Origin: Camelus ferus
Lineage: Eukaryota
Length of the DNA stretch: 64,000 nt
Direction of reading: 5' to 3'
Assembly: GCF_009834535.1 (NCBI RefSeq)
Contig: NC_045697.1
Location: 18,912,001 to 18,976,000 of the forward strand
This document shows positions 13,549 to 27,640 of this stretch, one piece after another (position 1 is the stretch's first letter; every line of letters starts with the position of its first letter). The position numbers and the translations under genes were made by a program. Under the pieces are notes generated by a model. It did not search any database. It had not been told where the DNA came from and saw only the letters and a program-made list of their open reading frames with translations.

Positions 13549-14148
13549 TTTTTATTGTGGTAAAATAAACATGAAATTTACCATTTTAACCATTTTTAAG
13601 TGTATAGTTTAGTGGCATTAAGTACATTCACATTGTTGTGCAACTATTATCATCATCCATCTCCAGAACTTTTTCATCATCCCAAACTGAAACTCTGTAC
13701 CCATTAAACAATAACTCCCCATTCCCTCCTCCTCACAGTCCCTGGCAACTGCCATTCTACTTTCTGTCTCTACGAATATGACTGTTCTATGTACCTCATA
13801 TAAGTGAAATCATACAGTATTTGTCTTTTTGTGACTGGCTTATTTCACTTAGCATAACGTCCTCAAGGTTTATCCATGTTATAGATGTGTCAGAATTTTC
13901 TTCCCTTTTTAAAGGCTGAATAGTATTCCATTATAGGTACATACTGCATTTTCTTTATCCATTCATTTATCTGTGGATGCTTGGGTTGATTCCACATTTT
14001 AACTATTGTGAATAATGCTGCCATGACTATGAGTGTACAAATATCTGTTCAAGTTCCGACTTTCAGTTCTTATGAGTATATATGCAGAATTGGAATTGCT
14101 GGATCATATAGTAATTCAAATTTTTCCATTTTTGAGGAACTTCATACA
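13549..14148 (-). mobile_element. L1MB-type 3' end
   Basis: Typical antisense L1MB 3'UTR (tttattgtggtaaaata..tttaccattttaaccatttttaagtgta..ggcattaagtacattcacattgttgtgc). Confidence 0.85.
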
Positions 14149-15734
14149 ATAAATAAACAATTTATTGATTAGGGGTTACAATATGGTGATATTCTAATTA
14201 TATCATATCTGTTTTAGTTATTAGCTGGAATACTTTTATAAAGACACATTTCCCTTTATCTATTATTTGGTTACCCAGTGGTACAGTTCCTATAGGAATG
14301 GCAGGCTAGATAAATGCCTTTTCATTTATTTACCAAGTTTTCAGGGTAATAAGGTGGTTCCTTGACGTCCTCAATTTTTATTACTCTACCAAAATTTTCT
14401 CCTCAGAAAGAGAGAAATGGAGCCCTGGCTGGTCAGTTTCGAGAATTCAAAGATGCTAGGTTGCTCAGGGGTCTTTAGACCTCATCTCTTATATTGGATT
14501 AGACAAAACCCCTCCCAGGGTCAGCTACTGTTCTAAAATTAGCTCATCATATGGTCCAGTGAGTACTTCCTGGCTATTTTGGGGTTCTTCTCTTTTCATA
14601 TCCATCAGACACCCCTCTGCTTTTTTTGTATAAATGTTAATACCGTTGTGGCTGTTGGTTTGTTCCCAGCTGCTTGTGTTTTACACTTGTGGGGAATAGC
14701 TTATCAACAAGTTTTGTTGTAAATATTTTCCATGTGATTTTGGTTTTGCTGTCTAGTTGCTTGGTCTGTTTTTATGTGGAGATCAGGTAGATTTAAAAAA
14801 CCTCACTACCACCAATACCATCTTCCCAGAAAGAGATTGAATCCTAGAAGAGTTAGAGTAGAAATGAGAATAACTGAATTTTCTGACTTGGAAGATTTGG
14901 TAGACAGTAATTTCATGGATGAGGATTAAAAATAGAAGGGGATGAGAAAGATGGTGAGTGGAAGATAAGATCAATTTTTGATTTCTTAGATTTGAAATGT
15001 TTATGAGAGATCCTAGTAGAAATGCCTTCTTAAGAAATATGCTTCCAGAACTTGATAGAAAGATCTAAGTGATGAAATACCAACACTTTGAAGGTAATTA
15101 AAGGCATATTAAGTTGGAGAAATTGTTATTTTTGATAAAAATTAGTGTGAAAAACCAGTGAAATAGAAAGCATGCACTTGAAGATGAAAGAGATACTAAT
15201 AAGCATTTGTGAACGAGTAGTTTTATGTGTTTTCTGTAAATATGTACAACAAATGCAGGCTTACAGAGCAGCAATCCTAGAGGATGATATTGTTCAAAGA
15301 TCCAGTTATATGGGTGCAGGAAGGTTTTTAGTCATTAGGTGTAGGTGCCATATATGTTGAATATAATACTAAGAGAATGAATTGATAAAATCTAAGTATT
15401 TTTCCTGTTAGAAAAATAGATGTTAAGTATTCATAAAAATAAAAGCCTTAGATGAAGACTTTAACTATTCAAAAGCTTCAAGTTTTAATATTTTAAGTAG
15501 ACTGCAGTATACTATCACAGATCCTTATTTTAAGAGTCGGTGAAAAAGTCTTCTCTTATGAGCTATTCCAGATGCTCAGGTGGTCTGACCTCAAGGCGGA
15601 TTTTTAAAACAGTATGCACATTTGGACATTCCTTTTTAAAAATTTCATTAGCATTAAATATCATCCCAAATAACTTACTTTTGACCTCTGTCTTTTGCTT
15701 TCTTCTTCTTTTTTCCTCTTCTTTCTAAAATTAG

Positions 15735-15807
15735 GCCAGTCTTCAGAGACCCGAGATTAAACTTGAATCACTAAAAGAAGATATTAAGGAATTCTTTAAA
15801 ATATCAG
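15735..15807 (+). CDS. TBC1D19: TBC1 domain family member 19, internal coding exon (probable exon 2, 73 nt)
   Basis: Polypyrimidine tract + ttag|GCC...TCAG|gtttgt; encodes ASLQRPEIKLESLKEDIKEFFKIS(G), recognised as TBC1D19; phase 0 to 1, joins the next exon in frame. Confidence 0.95.
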
Positions 15808-16790
15808 GTTTGTAAGTTGTTTTTTTTCCCCTCTAATTCTTTAAGGCAAAATAAGGAAATAATTTATTTGAGGAAATATTGTATCCCTAGCCTTCTAACT
15901 ACTCATTCAAAATTGTGAAATGATGGCTGGATAAGTTTCTATTTGGGGAGAATTAGAACTTTCAGACATTTCAATAGAATGCTGCAAAAATTCAGAGCAC
16001 TGTGAGAATGACTGCTTTACATTAGTCTGTTTTAAATACTGTTTACCTTCATGGTCAAGCTATATCCTGAATGTATTAAGAATCTCCTTAGTTAAGTGAC
16101 CTGTCTTTTACCATTCATTTGTGGCTTTTTTTCTTCTATACTTTTTTTCTCTCCTCTTTTCTACCTTTCAAAGAAAACAGGAGAAAATCTCCCCCTCCTT
16201 TTTTGTTTTTTTTAAATCAACCTGTTTAGCAGCCTTTGCACATGGGAACTGAGATATTAAATGGTTTACTTACCCAGATAAGTTCAACTAGTTAGCAGCC
16301 AAACTAACTGATCCGACTGGTGGTGCCTCGTAATAGTCGTCTTCTCTTGTTGAGGAGTTTACTGACTAGTTAATTGTAACGAATTACTTGTGATCTTTGT
16401 CAAGTGCCTGGCTGTTTCTTGCCCTGTCCTTGGCACATTCCTCATAGCTCTGGTAGTACAATAGCCAAAGATTTTGATGTTCATTGAATGAGTACCTTAA
16501 CAGTGGAAGAAGGAAATGTTCCTCCCATCTTAAGAAAAGGGTACCATAGTTTTACTCACAAAATAGTATCATGTTTATGACTTCGCTATTTAGTGTTAGC
16601 CAAGGGATATTGGCAAATATATAGGGAATAATTCCTTAATATAACACTTTACACAGCAATTGGCAGTTGATAAAATCCTTTCACAAATGAATATGATGTT
16701 AGTTTTTGTGAGATAAGTTTAGTTATAATGTATGTTTATTTAAAACACTAATATGTTTGTATGTTTTATTCCTTTTTTTAAAAAAAATAG

Positions 16791-16836
16791 GTTGGGAGAA
16801 GAAGCTTCAGAATGCTGTATATAGTGAACTGAGTGT
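16791..16836 (+). CDS. TBC1D19: TBC1D19 exon (probable exon 3, 46 nt)
   Basis: atag|GTTGGGAG...AGTGT|gtgagt; (G)WEKKLQNAVYSELS(V); phase 1 to 2. Confidence 0.95.
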
Positions 16837-19789
16837 GTGAGTTTTTCCTACCTATTTTGAGATCCTCTTATGTTTAGCTGTATTTACTTTGTAAGTAGTG
16901 AATGTTGTATTGCTATGTGTGCTCATTGTTATTACTTCTTAGTATTTATATGGCTTTCAAGTACATTAACACTATTAAAAATTACAGTCTTGCCTGAGAA
17001 TTAATAATAAAGAGGTGGGGATTTTTTACTGCCAAAAAATTTATATATTAACAATTCATTTAACCAGTATGATTAGGGAATGATATTTCTCATAAGCTAA
17101 TATTTCAGATAATTTAAACTTACCAATGTTCTTTTTATTTTCCTTTTTCTGTCTTTATAAACTGACCATTTTAAACACAACTTTTTTTCCTTGAAAAAAT
17201 GACGTCCTTATTAAGAACATCAATGTTTTTATTTATCTGGATTTGTCCTGAGAGTCTGTTGAAGTGTGTAGAACTATTTGTCATTACAAAAAATACAGAT
17301 CCTGAATGTTAGCGTTAGTTTGTTCAGTGTTCCATTATTCATTAACTACTTACTGCTAGCGCCATCCTAGGCACTGGGAATATAGCACAGAACAATAAAC
17401 ACAATTTCTGCCCTCATGGAGTTAATAATCTAATAGAATTCTTATGTCCTTTTTTTTTTTTTCCTGCTATCAGTTAGCTGTGTCTCTAGCATTCTCTAGT
17501 TTCTCACACTCCCATTTCTAATTTGCTCTTTCTAATCTACTGATAACTGGGAAACGAGATAACCTTGTTTACCTGAATTGTTTCTGAAACAAAGAGACTC
17601 AGATGAATGCCTGTGGATTTGTGCTTAGACACATTTTTAAAATTAGTATTTGCTTCTTTGCTTATTGCCATCTTCCAAGTTGGTTTTTGAACTCTTAAAA
17701 TCGCAAATAAAGTGTTATCTATTAACTAAAGTTGACTGTGACCATACCTTTGGTTCTAGTCACCAAAGGAAAAGACAGTTATCATAACAAGTAAAGTTTT
17801 AAAATTCCACAAATGTAGTAGAGACGCCATGAGTTGATTAAACTAATACGGACACGGTGATTTCTCTCTTCCCTGTTAAAGCTTGTGACTTCAGTGTCTT
17901 TGTCTCTGATACCAGCAGAATAAAAGCATCTGTTGTGTATAATTCCGAACATTAGATTCTCATCTGAGGAGATACTAGTGATGATTGCTTTTTTGTGGTA
18001 TAATGCATTCCCGGAAGCTGTGCTGTGCTACAGGGTGCCTCTTTGCTTGGTGCCAGGGACGGGCATTTCATTCACTGACATGTCTTTGATATCCTACATA
18101 ATAGACATAAGTAGTTATTTTTTAATAACTTTTAGGGATATTTGAAGGGGTTCAGTAAAAACTACCTTTTTCCTCACTTGGATTCTGAACAAACTGAGTA
18201 ATAAGATAAAATGTAAAGGCAAATGGGAGATCAAAAGCATACTCTTATTTGTGGTAAAGACTAGGTAGGAGGACATAGCTTAGTTCAAGAGCAGAATAAG
18301 CTCTTTAACTGAACTCTAGACTTAAGTAGACTTTACCTTTTAGTTAAGTAGCATTGATGAACATGTTCAGTTTATTCCTTCAAAATTTGAAAGTTGGATA
18401 AGGCATTAAACCTCATCTGTGGTGTAATGATTTAAGCCTTGGAGAGAGGCCAAGAATGTTACAGTGAGGAACTCTTCAGATGAAAGGGCACATCCAGAGT
18501 GGGGGAAGGTGTGTTTCCTGACATAAATCAGAAGAATAAAGTGGACTTAGCATGTTCTGTTGTGTTTTTCATTGGCAGAAACCGTTAGATGGATAAGTAA
18601 AGAAAGCAGAAAGTATAAATATTCATTAAGTTAAATAATTGGAGCTGAAAAAAAATTCTCATTCCTAATAGAAGGACACATGGGTTAAACAGCTCATGCC
18701 TGAAAATTGCTCATGTCATTTTACTTATTTTAGTAAACATTCCAAAGATTTTAGTCATATTTTATTTAACAAATATAGCAGAAAATTTTCTGTATTCTGT
18801 TGTTACATGAAACTTGTAACTGTAGCCCAGGTTAGCTCTTCCCACTTCAGGTTGCCTACTTTGTTTAATTATTATTGTGTTAATAACCACTTAACATTAT
18901 GTTAATGATAATTTACATTGACTGAATGCTTATTTTATGTTCAGCTCTGTGCTAAGCACTTTATATGCATTGCTGTATATAATGTAGTTTTCATAACCAC
19001 CCTGTGAAGTAGAATTTGTTATTATCATCATTTTACAGAAGAGAAAATTGAGTCTTAGGCCACTTAAGTAACTTGCTTAAGATGACATAGCTAGTAAGTA
19101 GCAGCGCTAGGGCTTTACCTCTAGCTGTCTGATTCCAAAGCCCATATGTTTTACTACATCTCACATATATTTGTATCTTATTTCTTACCTAGATTAAAAG
19201 TCTTCTAAACAAGAATTTTGTCTTAAATTTCTTTCAATATTTCCTGTAGCATCAAATAAATGACATTGAGTCAGCAAGTAGTTATTGTCACCTACCAATG
19301 CTAGCACAATAAAGATTTGTTGAATTGAGGAAATACAGCATAATTATTAATCCTAAACTTACTGTAAAGATTTAAGAAAGCCTTTACATTGAAAATGTAC
19401 CAAGTTCTTTCTGTATCCTAGTCTTTATTTTATTTTGTGTAGAGCAGTTTATAAAGAATTAGAAGACCTATTATTTTCCTTTAAGGAATATGAATTAGAG
19501 AAATAGATAAACCTTTTTAAACTTTCTATATATGAATATATTATAAAAACATATACCATAGCCTACTGTTAAGTAGCTATATGCAAGTGTCTGCCATACC
19601 TTGGAGGGTATATGTGCTGAGTATAAGAGCTGAAAATGGAAAGATTTTAGATGATGTACCTTATACTAGACCATGAGGTAGGGTAAGTCTTTATAGACAT
19701 TCATATGTTCCTGGAAGAGTCCTCAAGTAGTAGACCTGGGCACCTCCAGAATGTCTTAATTATAGTTCTTCTTTGCCCTCTTAGTTTTA

Positions 19790-19920
19790 TTTATTTATTT
19801 CTGTTTTTTTTTTTTTTTCATTGAAGTACAGTCAGTTACAATGTGTCAATTTCTGGAGTTTGACATTTACAAATGTTAGCCACTATATATAAAAGTAGAT
19901 TTAAAAAGTTTTTTCTCCTT
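19790..19920 (-). mobile_element. Short 5'-inverted (twin-primed) L1 3'-end insertion
   Basis: Poly-T, antisense L1 terminus (attgaagtacagtcagttacaatgtgtcaatttct), then sense piece GGAGTTTGACATTTAC..; TSD TCTTAGTTTTA at 19779-19789 and 19921-19931. Confidence 0.8.
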
Positions 19921-19934
19921 TCTTAGTTTTAAAT

Positions 19935-20905
19935 GTTACTATGTGCTTGTTATGCGTTATGTACGGAGCTAGGTGCTGAGGCTAATGAACAAGGTAGATA
20001 GTCTTTGCTTTTATGGAGCTTCCGTCCTGGTGGGTCACAGAGACTTCAAAGAGATGATTGCAATTCAATACAATAAGTGCTATAATAGGGTAAGTACAAG
20101 GAGTACATAGGGCAGTCACTTAACTCACATTGGGGATGTCATGATAACTTACCAGAGGAAATAATATTCAGACTGAGATCACAAAGCTAACCAGAGTTAG
20201 TCAGGAGGAGTAAAGAAGAAAAGTGCTTAAGGCACAAGGGAACAACAGAGGTTTAGAGATGTAAAAGAATGTGGTATATTGGAGGAACAAAAGTTGTATG
20301 GCTGGATGGTAGAGGGGAAAGGGGCATAGGAAAGGATGATGCTAGATCTGTAGGCAGGGATGCACTTCTTACTCAAGGATTTGTAGGCTGGATCCTAAAA
20401 GCATTTGGGTGCCATTTTGGGATTTTAAGCAGAGCAGTGACATGATCACACTTGCATTTTATTCATTTAGCAATGTACTGAGTATCTAATATGTGCCAAG
20501 CCTTATGTTAGACACTGGAAGTACAGTCACTGGTGAATAAGGAAGATACTGCTCCTGACTAACAGACAGGCCAGTTGGCAGTTTGAAAATAGTGTGGAAG
20601 CAGGGGAGACTGCTTATGAATCTGTCAGATGAATGCAGGCAAGAAATGTTGGTTGCCTAAAACAATGTCACTGGGGTAGAAAAAGATGAGAAGTATTTAT
20701 GGGGATTTAGGGAGACAGGAAGAGAGAGGAGTCAAGAGTGATATTCAGGTTTCTGCTTTCTTCCTGTCTGCTGATCCTCATCACTTTGTGCACTAAATGT
20801 AAAATCCATGAGAACAGAGATTTTAACATGCTTTGTCCACTGCTGTATCTGTATTACCTCGAACACTTAGTAGGTGCTCATTAAATATTTACAAATGAAT
20901 AAATA
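19935..20905. mobile_element. L2 fragments (both orientations)
   Basis: Decayed L2 motifs (ttttaagcagagcagtgacatgatca; ctccatgagaacagag..tagtaggtgctcattaaatattt..gaataaat). Confidence 0.6.
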
Positions 20906-22669
20906 CCTAAGTTTATTTTGGTTTCAATGTGAATGATTTTAGGGTTGCCACTTCTTGTTACCTGTTTTTGTGGATAAATTTCTTTGAACATTAATTAAAT
21001 AACTGTTAAGATCATCAGTAAGTGCTCTCTAGTTTCAGTCTTAAATTTCTAAGTTTTATTAAATTTAGAAATAATTACCATTAAAATGGAAAGATTTTAG
21101 AGTTATATTTAATTATAAACCACATGTCTCTTTACAAATGATGTATGGAGTGGTATAAAATATGTAGCTTTTCAGCTATCTTGCATATAAGAAGATATAC
21201 TGAGGTATCCAGAGATTATCATTTTTTTTTTCATTTGTGAGTGGGGAAAGGTGATTTATTTAGGTACATGGAATACAGATTTTCATAGAAAGAACTACTA
21301 GCCAGGAATAATCAGTTAGTGAAATTGCCTTATTGATTTGGTAGGATAGGTTGGCTTTTTCTATTCCAGAAATGTTTCTTATGGATCTTTGAATCTTTTA
21401 TGCTTAGATTCTGGGATAGGTGCAAGAGACTTGGCATATCATTAACCCTCTATGTGCTGATGTCCCCTTTTAGAAGAGGAATTTCTTGAAAATTCAGTGT
21501 AGGGTTTTTGATTGTTAAAACATGGTTGCTTTGCTATAGGTACAAGTTCTATGACTAAGTTCAATGGGAGTTATATGTTGTTGTGAAAGAGATTGAAACC
21601 TCTAAGTAAATGTTAAATTACTGTATTTTCCTGTTGCTTTCTCTATAATTGTACATCACTCTGTGTCTCAGCCATTACATGCCAACCATCCTGGCTGTCT
21701 CTGATTTTTAGGCATTCCGCCTTCCCCACCTCAGAGTCTTGTGCTTTCTTACCTTTCGCTTGGAATATTCTTCCCCCAGATTTTTGAAGAGTTGGCTCCT
21801 CTTCACTCATGTCTTGGCTCAAATATGAGCTTTCCTAGACAACTTCCCTGCCTTCCAAATCACTTTTGACTCTATTTTCTGCTCTCATTTTCTCATGGCA
21901 CTTATTACTTATTGATATTGTTCTATTTATTGATTTGTTTTTGTAAATACTATTTTTCTTCTCAGGAATATTAGGTACATGAGAACAGGAGACACTGTCT
22001 TAATCCTACCATATACTTAGTATTAGTACCTAGAATGACTCAAATACTTGTTGAATAAATAAATCTGTTTTCTTATTAAAAACAATACATTTTGAATATA
22101 AGATATAATTTTACTTTGAAAACAGGAAGAATTTATAAGATATTAAATGTTTAAATTTTTATTAAATTTATGAATTTATTATATACTAAAATATGGCTAT
22201 TAGAAAAGGGAGTATTTTTACACTATCATTTCAACTATGTAAAAATATATATAATCCTATGGAAAAGGGAACTGGGAGAAATGAGAAGATTTGACATATT
22301 GGTCAGTTAATGGATTTTTTTTAGACTTTAGACTTAAAAAAAATTAGTGATATAATATTGTATACTAAAATGAACCATTGTGATAATTTTCATATGAGCA
22401 TTTACAGAGGTAAATAATTTAAAAATTACCTCAATTTATGAATGTACTTTAATTTTTAGTAAATCATTAAATTGCTAATTTAAAACTACAGTACTAGTAG
22501 GATAAGAATTAAAATTTTATTAGGTTGTTGTACCTTGTGTAGGCACATAAAAGTGCTCATTCTGTTCCATTTATATCATGGACCTCAGAGGTAAGTAATT
22601 TCTAACCAAGAGAACTGACTAATTGTCAAGAGTAACGTATGATATTGAGCTCCCTCCTTTTATCCCTAG

Positions 22670-22745
22670 GTTTCCTTTACCTAGTCATCCTGCTGCGCCT
22701 CCCGAACATCTTAAAGAGCCTTTGGTGTATATGAGGAAAGCACAG
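22670..22745 (+). CDS. TBC1D19: TBC1D19 exon (probable exon 4, 76 nt)
   Basis: ccctag|GTTTCCT...GCACAG|gtgggc; (V)FPLPSHPAAPPEHLKEPLVYMRKAQ; phase 2 to 0. Confidence 0.95.
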
Positions 22746-24129
22746 GTGGGCTATGGTTCATTTTAATTTTCTTCTTCCATACAAAGTTATATACTGCAGG
22801 GCAGAAGTTCCTTATTACTATCAGGACTATGTTTATTGTATGAAAGACTGGGTAAAGACCACTGAAGTGATGTGAACAGTATTTGCATACGCTTTCTTTC
22901 TACTTTCCATAACCAACGATCACACTTAGTTAACTGTAGTGATCCTGAAAATACTGAGTAGAAGAAAAAAAATCATGTGCCGTACTGGCCTGAAATTTCA
23001 AATATGGTAAGAGTATTATACAACCATTTGTTCCTCATGCTCTGTGATCTTAAATGAATGAAATGGGAATGAACTGACTCACTCTTCCCTCAACATTTTG
23101 ACTTTTGACACCAGTGTTACTGATACTGTATTTGAAATATGTCTGTTTTCACAGCAGGTTGTTAAATGCTAATTGTATTCTGTTCCGAAACTCAAATGAA
23201 CCTTGTATCTAAAATGGACTGAAAACAACTAAAAGTCACTTTAAAAGAATAAAATAAAATAAAATAATTTAAACAGAAAAACTGTAAAAAGCTGTTCCCT
23301 ATAAATTCTGTCACATGCCCCTAATTGTTTTCGCTGGCCTTTGCCTGGCATCGCCTGGTCTACCTGCTGTGAAGTAGCACTGTTCATAAGCCTTCCTCCC
23401 AGTCCTGGGGACTCTAACTGCCACTGCCGAGGTGTTTAATGGCCATCCTAAGGCCATCATAGTCTCAGAAATTATTATGAACATTTTCAAATATGCCCCC
23501 AAAGAACTCCCACACACCCATCACCAAGCTTCAACAATTGTCAGGGTAGTTCTGCTGCTCCTGGGATGTGTTCTGCTGCTTTCAGTTCCCATGTTTCATG
23601 ATAGTGGATGTTAGGCAGGTTTTTATTTTTCTGCTTTTATTTTCATTTTAAAAAATCTTCAAAATTAGATGGTGAAAGGTGCAATATAAGCAAAACAGAT
23701 GGAGATATTTGAGGAAATACGTTATCTATTTCTATCTCTAGGTGGTACCTTTAGGGCTAGCCATCAGACATTTATTATCGATCCGTCATAAAGCATAATC
23801 ATTAAATAATACATGTGTGAAAGAGTTGTTTGGTCTTTTGTTGTAAAGATATAAACTCAAGAAAATAAAACTAAAAATTTGGGTCTAAATATTTTTTGGC
23901 AAAGTTTGTAAATTTCTGTTTTAGGGAAAGTATCAGTTTTAGCGTAAGTGTAAGAAACAAAACACAAAAGTTGGTTTCCTTTTAAGACTGAAGAGATACA
24001 GAGATAAGTAATAGGTCTATTCTTAAAGTCTACTGCTAATTGCTGTGACTATATAGGACTGGTAAGTATCTGTCTTGTGTAAATATATGTATGGTCCTCT
24101 TTCTCTCCAGACTTACCCACTAGATCAAG

Positions 24130-24413
24130 AGATGGCATTGGCATGTTTCAGCCCATAGGCCAAATCTGCCCTGTACTTGTTTTTGTGTGGCTGGCAAGCT
24201 AGGAATATTTTTATATCTTGTGACCCATGAAAATTATATGAATTAATAAAATATATTTTATTGGGAAATAGTCCTGCTCCTTTATTTACATTTTGTCTGT
24301 GGCTGCTTTTGCACTACAATGTCAGAGTGAAGTAGTTGCATTAGAGACCTTATGACCTGTAAATCCTAAAATTTTTGTTGTCTGTCTTTTTACAGAAAGT
24401 TTGCAAATCCATG
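24130..24413. mobile_element. MER58-like hAT-Charlie MITE
   Basis: ggccaaatctgccc..tgtctgtggctgcttttgcactacaatg..cctaaaattttt..tttacagaaagtttgcaaatccatg. Confidence 0.75.
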
Positions 24414-24502
24414 CACTAAATGATTCAGTTCTTTAAGAGCTGGGACTGTGATTTTTATTCTCAGCATCTAAGCATGGTACCTAGCCCACATTTGCTGAAA
24501 TG

Positions 24503-24729
24503 GAGTTGACTCTTGAACAACATGGGTTTGAACTGCATGAATTCACTTATATACAGATTTTTTTTCAGTGCTAAAAAATATTACAGTACTGCACTGTCTG
24601 GGGTTGGTTGAATCTGCAGATGTGGAACTGCAGATACAGGGGCCCAACTCTCAGACTGTAGTTGGATTTGCCGCTGCATCGTGGCAGTGGTTGTCATCCC
24701 TAACCCTTGAGATGTTCCAGGGTCAACTG
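24503..24729. mobile_element. MER8 / Tigger2-derived MITE
   Basis: TIRs AGTTGACTCTTGAACAAC .. TGTTCCAGGGTCAACTG|TA. Confidence 0.85.
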
Positions 24730-26039
24730 TAAATGATTCTTGAGCCATGGTCACACTAAATACCTTTTCTACCAGTTAGTGTCTGCCTGTCTTCCCATAT
24801 TTGTTCTCCTCTAATTGTCTAGTTTTCTGCTCCCTGTTCTATCAGGCAGTTCTGTCTTTGCATGAAAGCTACATAGCGTGTATTGAATGACTGCTGTTCC
24901 ATCATGTTCTCCCTTGCACCTCATGCCTTTTTCCCCATTAGATTTCAATTCTGTCTGCCATTCCAGTCCTCAGCCCAAGGTCACTTCTACCATCCACTTT
25001 CTCTCTTCTCCCAAACTGTTGAATACTTAGGAGGAAGATTATATGGTCTTCCCTTACTTTTTATTACCAAGGCCATCACCGCAGTGATCATGGTGATGAT
25101 CAAGATGAGCAGATGAACCTTTATAATGTATCTCACTGCCTTCTAGCAAACCTCCAGTGACTGCCAGCTTCTTAACAAATGAAGTTCCTTCTCCAAAGCC
25201 CACCTCTTAAAAGAGTTTCACTACCTGTCCCCAGCTGCTCCTTCCACTGTATCGGGCTCTGCTGTCTTGTAACTGTCATTTGTGCCCTTCCTTACTTTGT
25301 GGTTCTTTCATGGAAAGCCCTTCTGCCTGCTTTGCATTGTGAAGATCTCATCTATTTTGTGTCAGTTCAGATGGCATCTCTTCTCTGAGGCTGTTATTAG
25401 CCATGTTGAAAAGGATTTCCCCCTCTTTTGGACTTTTATAGCATGCTATCATTTTATGGCCCTTATCACAAATGACATTCTGTTATCATAATTTCTGTAC
25501 ATATCTTTCTGACTTTTCCTACAAGCCTCTTGAAAGCAGTACCAATTTTAAAATACTTTTGTATACCCATACTTCTAGTGTGCTGACCTTTAATGTAGTG
25601 GGAACTTATTAAGCTTATGATGAATTAATAAGTAAAGGCATTTACCATCTTTTCTACCAATTATTATAATATTTATTTTAAAAATATTTACTGAATGCCT
25701 ACAAGTAGAAGATGCTGCTATGTGCTATGGAGATTCAAAAATAAATTAGATACAAATTCTGCCTTTGGGTAACTTCATGGTTTAATAATTGAAATAAGAC
25801 TTGGACACATGTAGCTCTAACATAAAGTAGAAAGTGCTGTGTGCTCTGGGGAAGAGGGTTAGGAAGTTTTCTGGGCTTATGAGGCAAAGAGGCCTCTTAT
25901 ACCTCATCAGCCTTTCCCAGAGTGTTTTCTGCTGAATCCTAGCCCTTAGAGATGCTCCATGAAAGGGGGTTCTGTGGACAAATAAGTTTGGGAATAGAGG
26001 CACCCTGCCTTCCTCTTGGCGAATCACATTTTATTATAT

Positions 26040-26865
26040 TTAATAGACTTGATTGTTTTTTAATAAGAGTTATATATTTACAGAAAAATTGAGAAGATAG
26101 TATAGAGTTCCCATAGATCCTATACTCACTTTCCCCTTTTATTAACATCTTACATTACTGTGGTACATTTGTTACAATTAGTGAGCCAATTTTAATACTT
26201 TATTAACTAAAGTTCATACTTTATTCAAATATCCTTAGTTTTAACCTAATGTCCTTTTTCTGTTTTAGGATTCCATCCAGGACACCACGTTACATTTGGT
26301 TGTCATGTCTCCTTAGGCTCCTCTTGGCTAAAGTTTCTCAGGCTTTCCTTGTTTTTGATGGCCTTGACAGTTTTGAGAAGTACTGGTCAGGTATTTTGTA
26401 GAATATCCCTCTCTTGGAATTTGTCTGATGTTTTTCTCCTGTTTAGACTGGAGTTGTGGGGTTTTTGGAGGAAGATCACAGATATAAAGTGCCATATATA
26501 TTCATTAAATTATGTCATGATACATATTAGCAACATGCTATGTCACTGTTGATGTTGACCTTGATTGCCTGACTGAGGTAGTGTTTGTAAGGTTTCTCCA
26601 CTGCAAAGTCACTCTCCCTGCCCCCATGTGTATACTGTACTCTCCAGAAGAGAGTAGTCACAGTTCACACTTATGGAGAAGTTATGCTCCACCTCCTTAA
26701 AGAGGGAGTATCTACAGAAAATACTTGGAATTCTTCTGCATAGAAGAGTTGTCTCCTCTCCCCCATGTATTTATTTATTCAATCATTTGTTTCTATTAGT
26801 ATGGACTGATGAATATTATTTTATACTTTGGGTTTTAATATGATACTCCTTAATTTTGTTGCTTA
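26040..26865 (-). mobile_element. L1MC/MD-type 3' end
   Basis: tttacagaaaaattgagaagatagtatagagttcccata..ggtacatttgttacaatt..ccatccaggacaccac. Confidence 0.8.
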
Positions 26866-27613
26866 CAATTTATTTTGGCTTGTTAAAGTCTCAGCGAGGT
26901 TCTGCAGTAAAGAAACTGTTAATTTTTATTTAATCCAGTTTTGTTCAAATTTATGTGACCTATTTCCGTGTAAAATAGTTTGGGGACTATTTTGCTACAC
27001 CTTTCACAGAAAACAGCATGAAGAAGCTATACACAGCACGATAAATATAAGCGCTTAAGTTTTCGTGTGAAATAATACCTGTAGGCACATACAGCTCTAA
27101 TTATGTGCCAGGTACCATTCCAGCGCTTTTAAAGTGCTCACTCATTTAGTATTTATGCCAGCCATGTGAGATGAGTTACTCTTATGGTCTTAGATGGGTC
27201 CAACTTCACAGAACTACTAAGTGGAAGACCTGGAATTTGAACCTGGAAAGCCACTCCAGAATCTACACCACCTGATGATATTCAGCCTATTTCTGGATCC
27301 AGTCTAGAAATTCTCACGCAAACTCAAGATATGCTGTGTGGTTGAATTTATCCTGTTCTCTGTCAATCCAGGAACCCTAGCAAAAATGAGAATTTTGCTA
27401 GTTTTATATTACTTCAGTTCTCATCCCCTTCCTCATCTGCCTTCTGTATTGCCACTCCTTTTCCTAAAATTTCTAAGACTTTTAGGATAGAGCTCCAATT
27501 CCTTACTTTTGCTTAAAAGGCTATAAGTGATCTTGCCCCTTTTTACTGTTCAAGTCTCATCTCTTGGCTCCTCACGCTGTCCCTCCCTCTCCTGCTACTC
27601 CTCTCCCCACTTC

Positions 27614-27640
27614 CACACACACACACACACACACACACAC
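27614..27640. repeat. (CA)13 microsatellite
   Basis: Perfect CA run. Confidence 0.95.
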
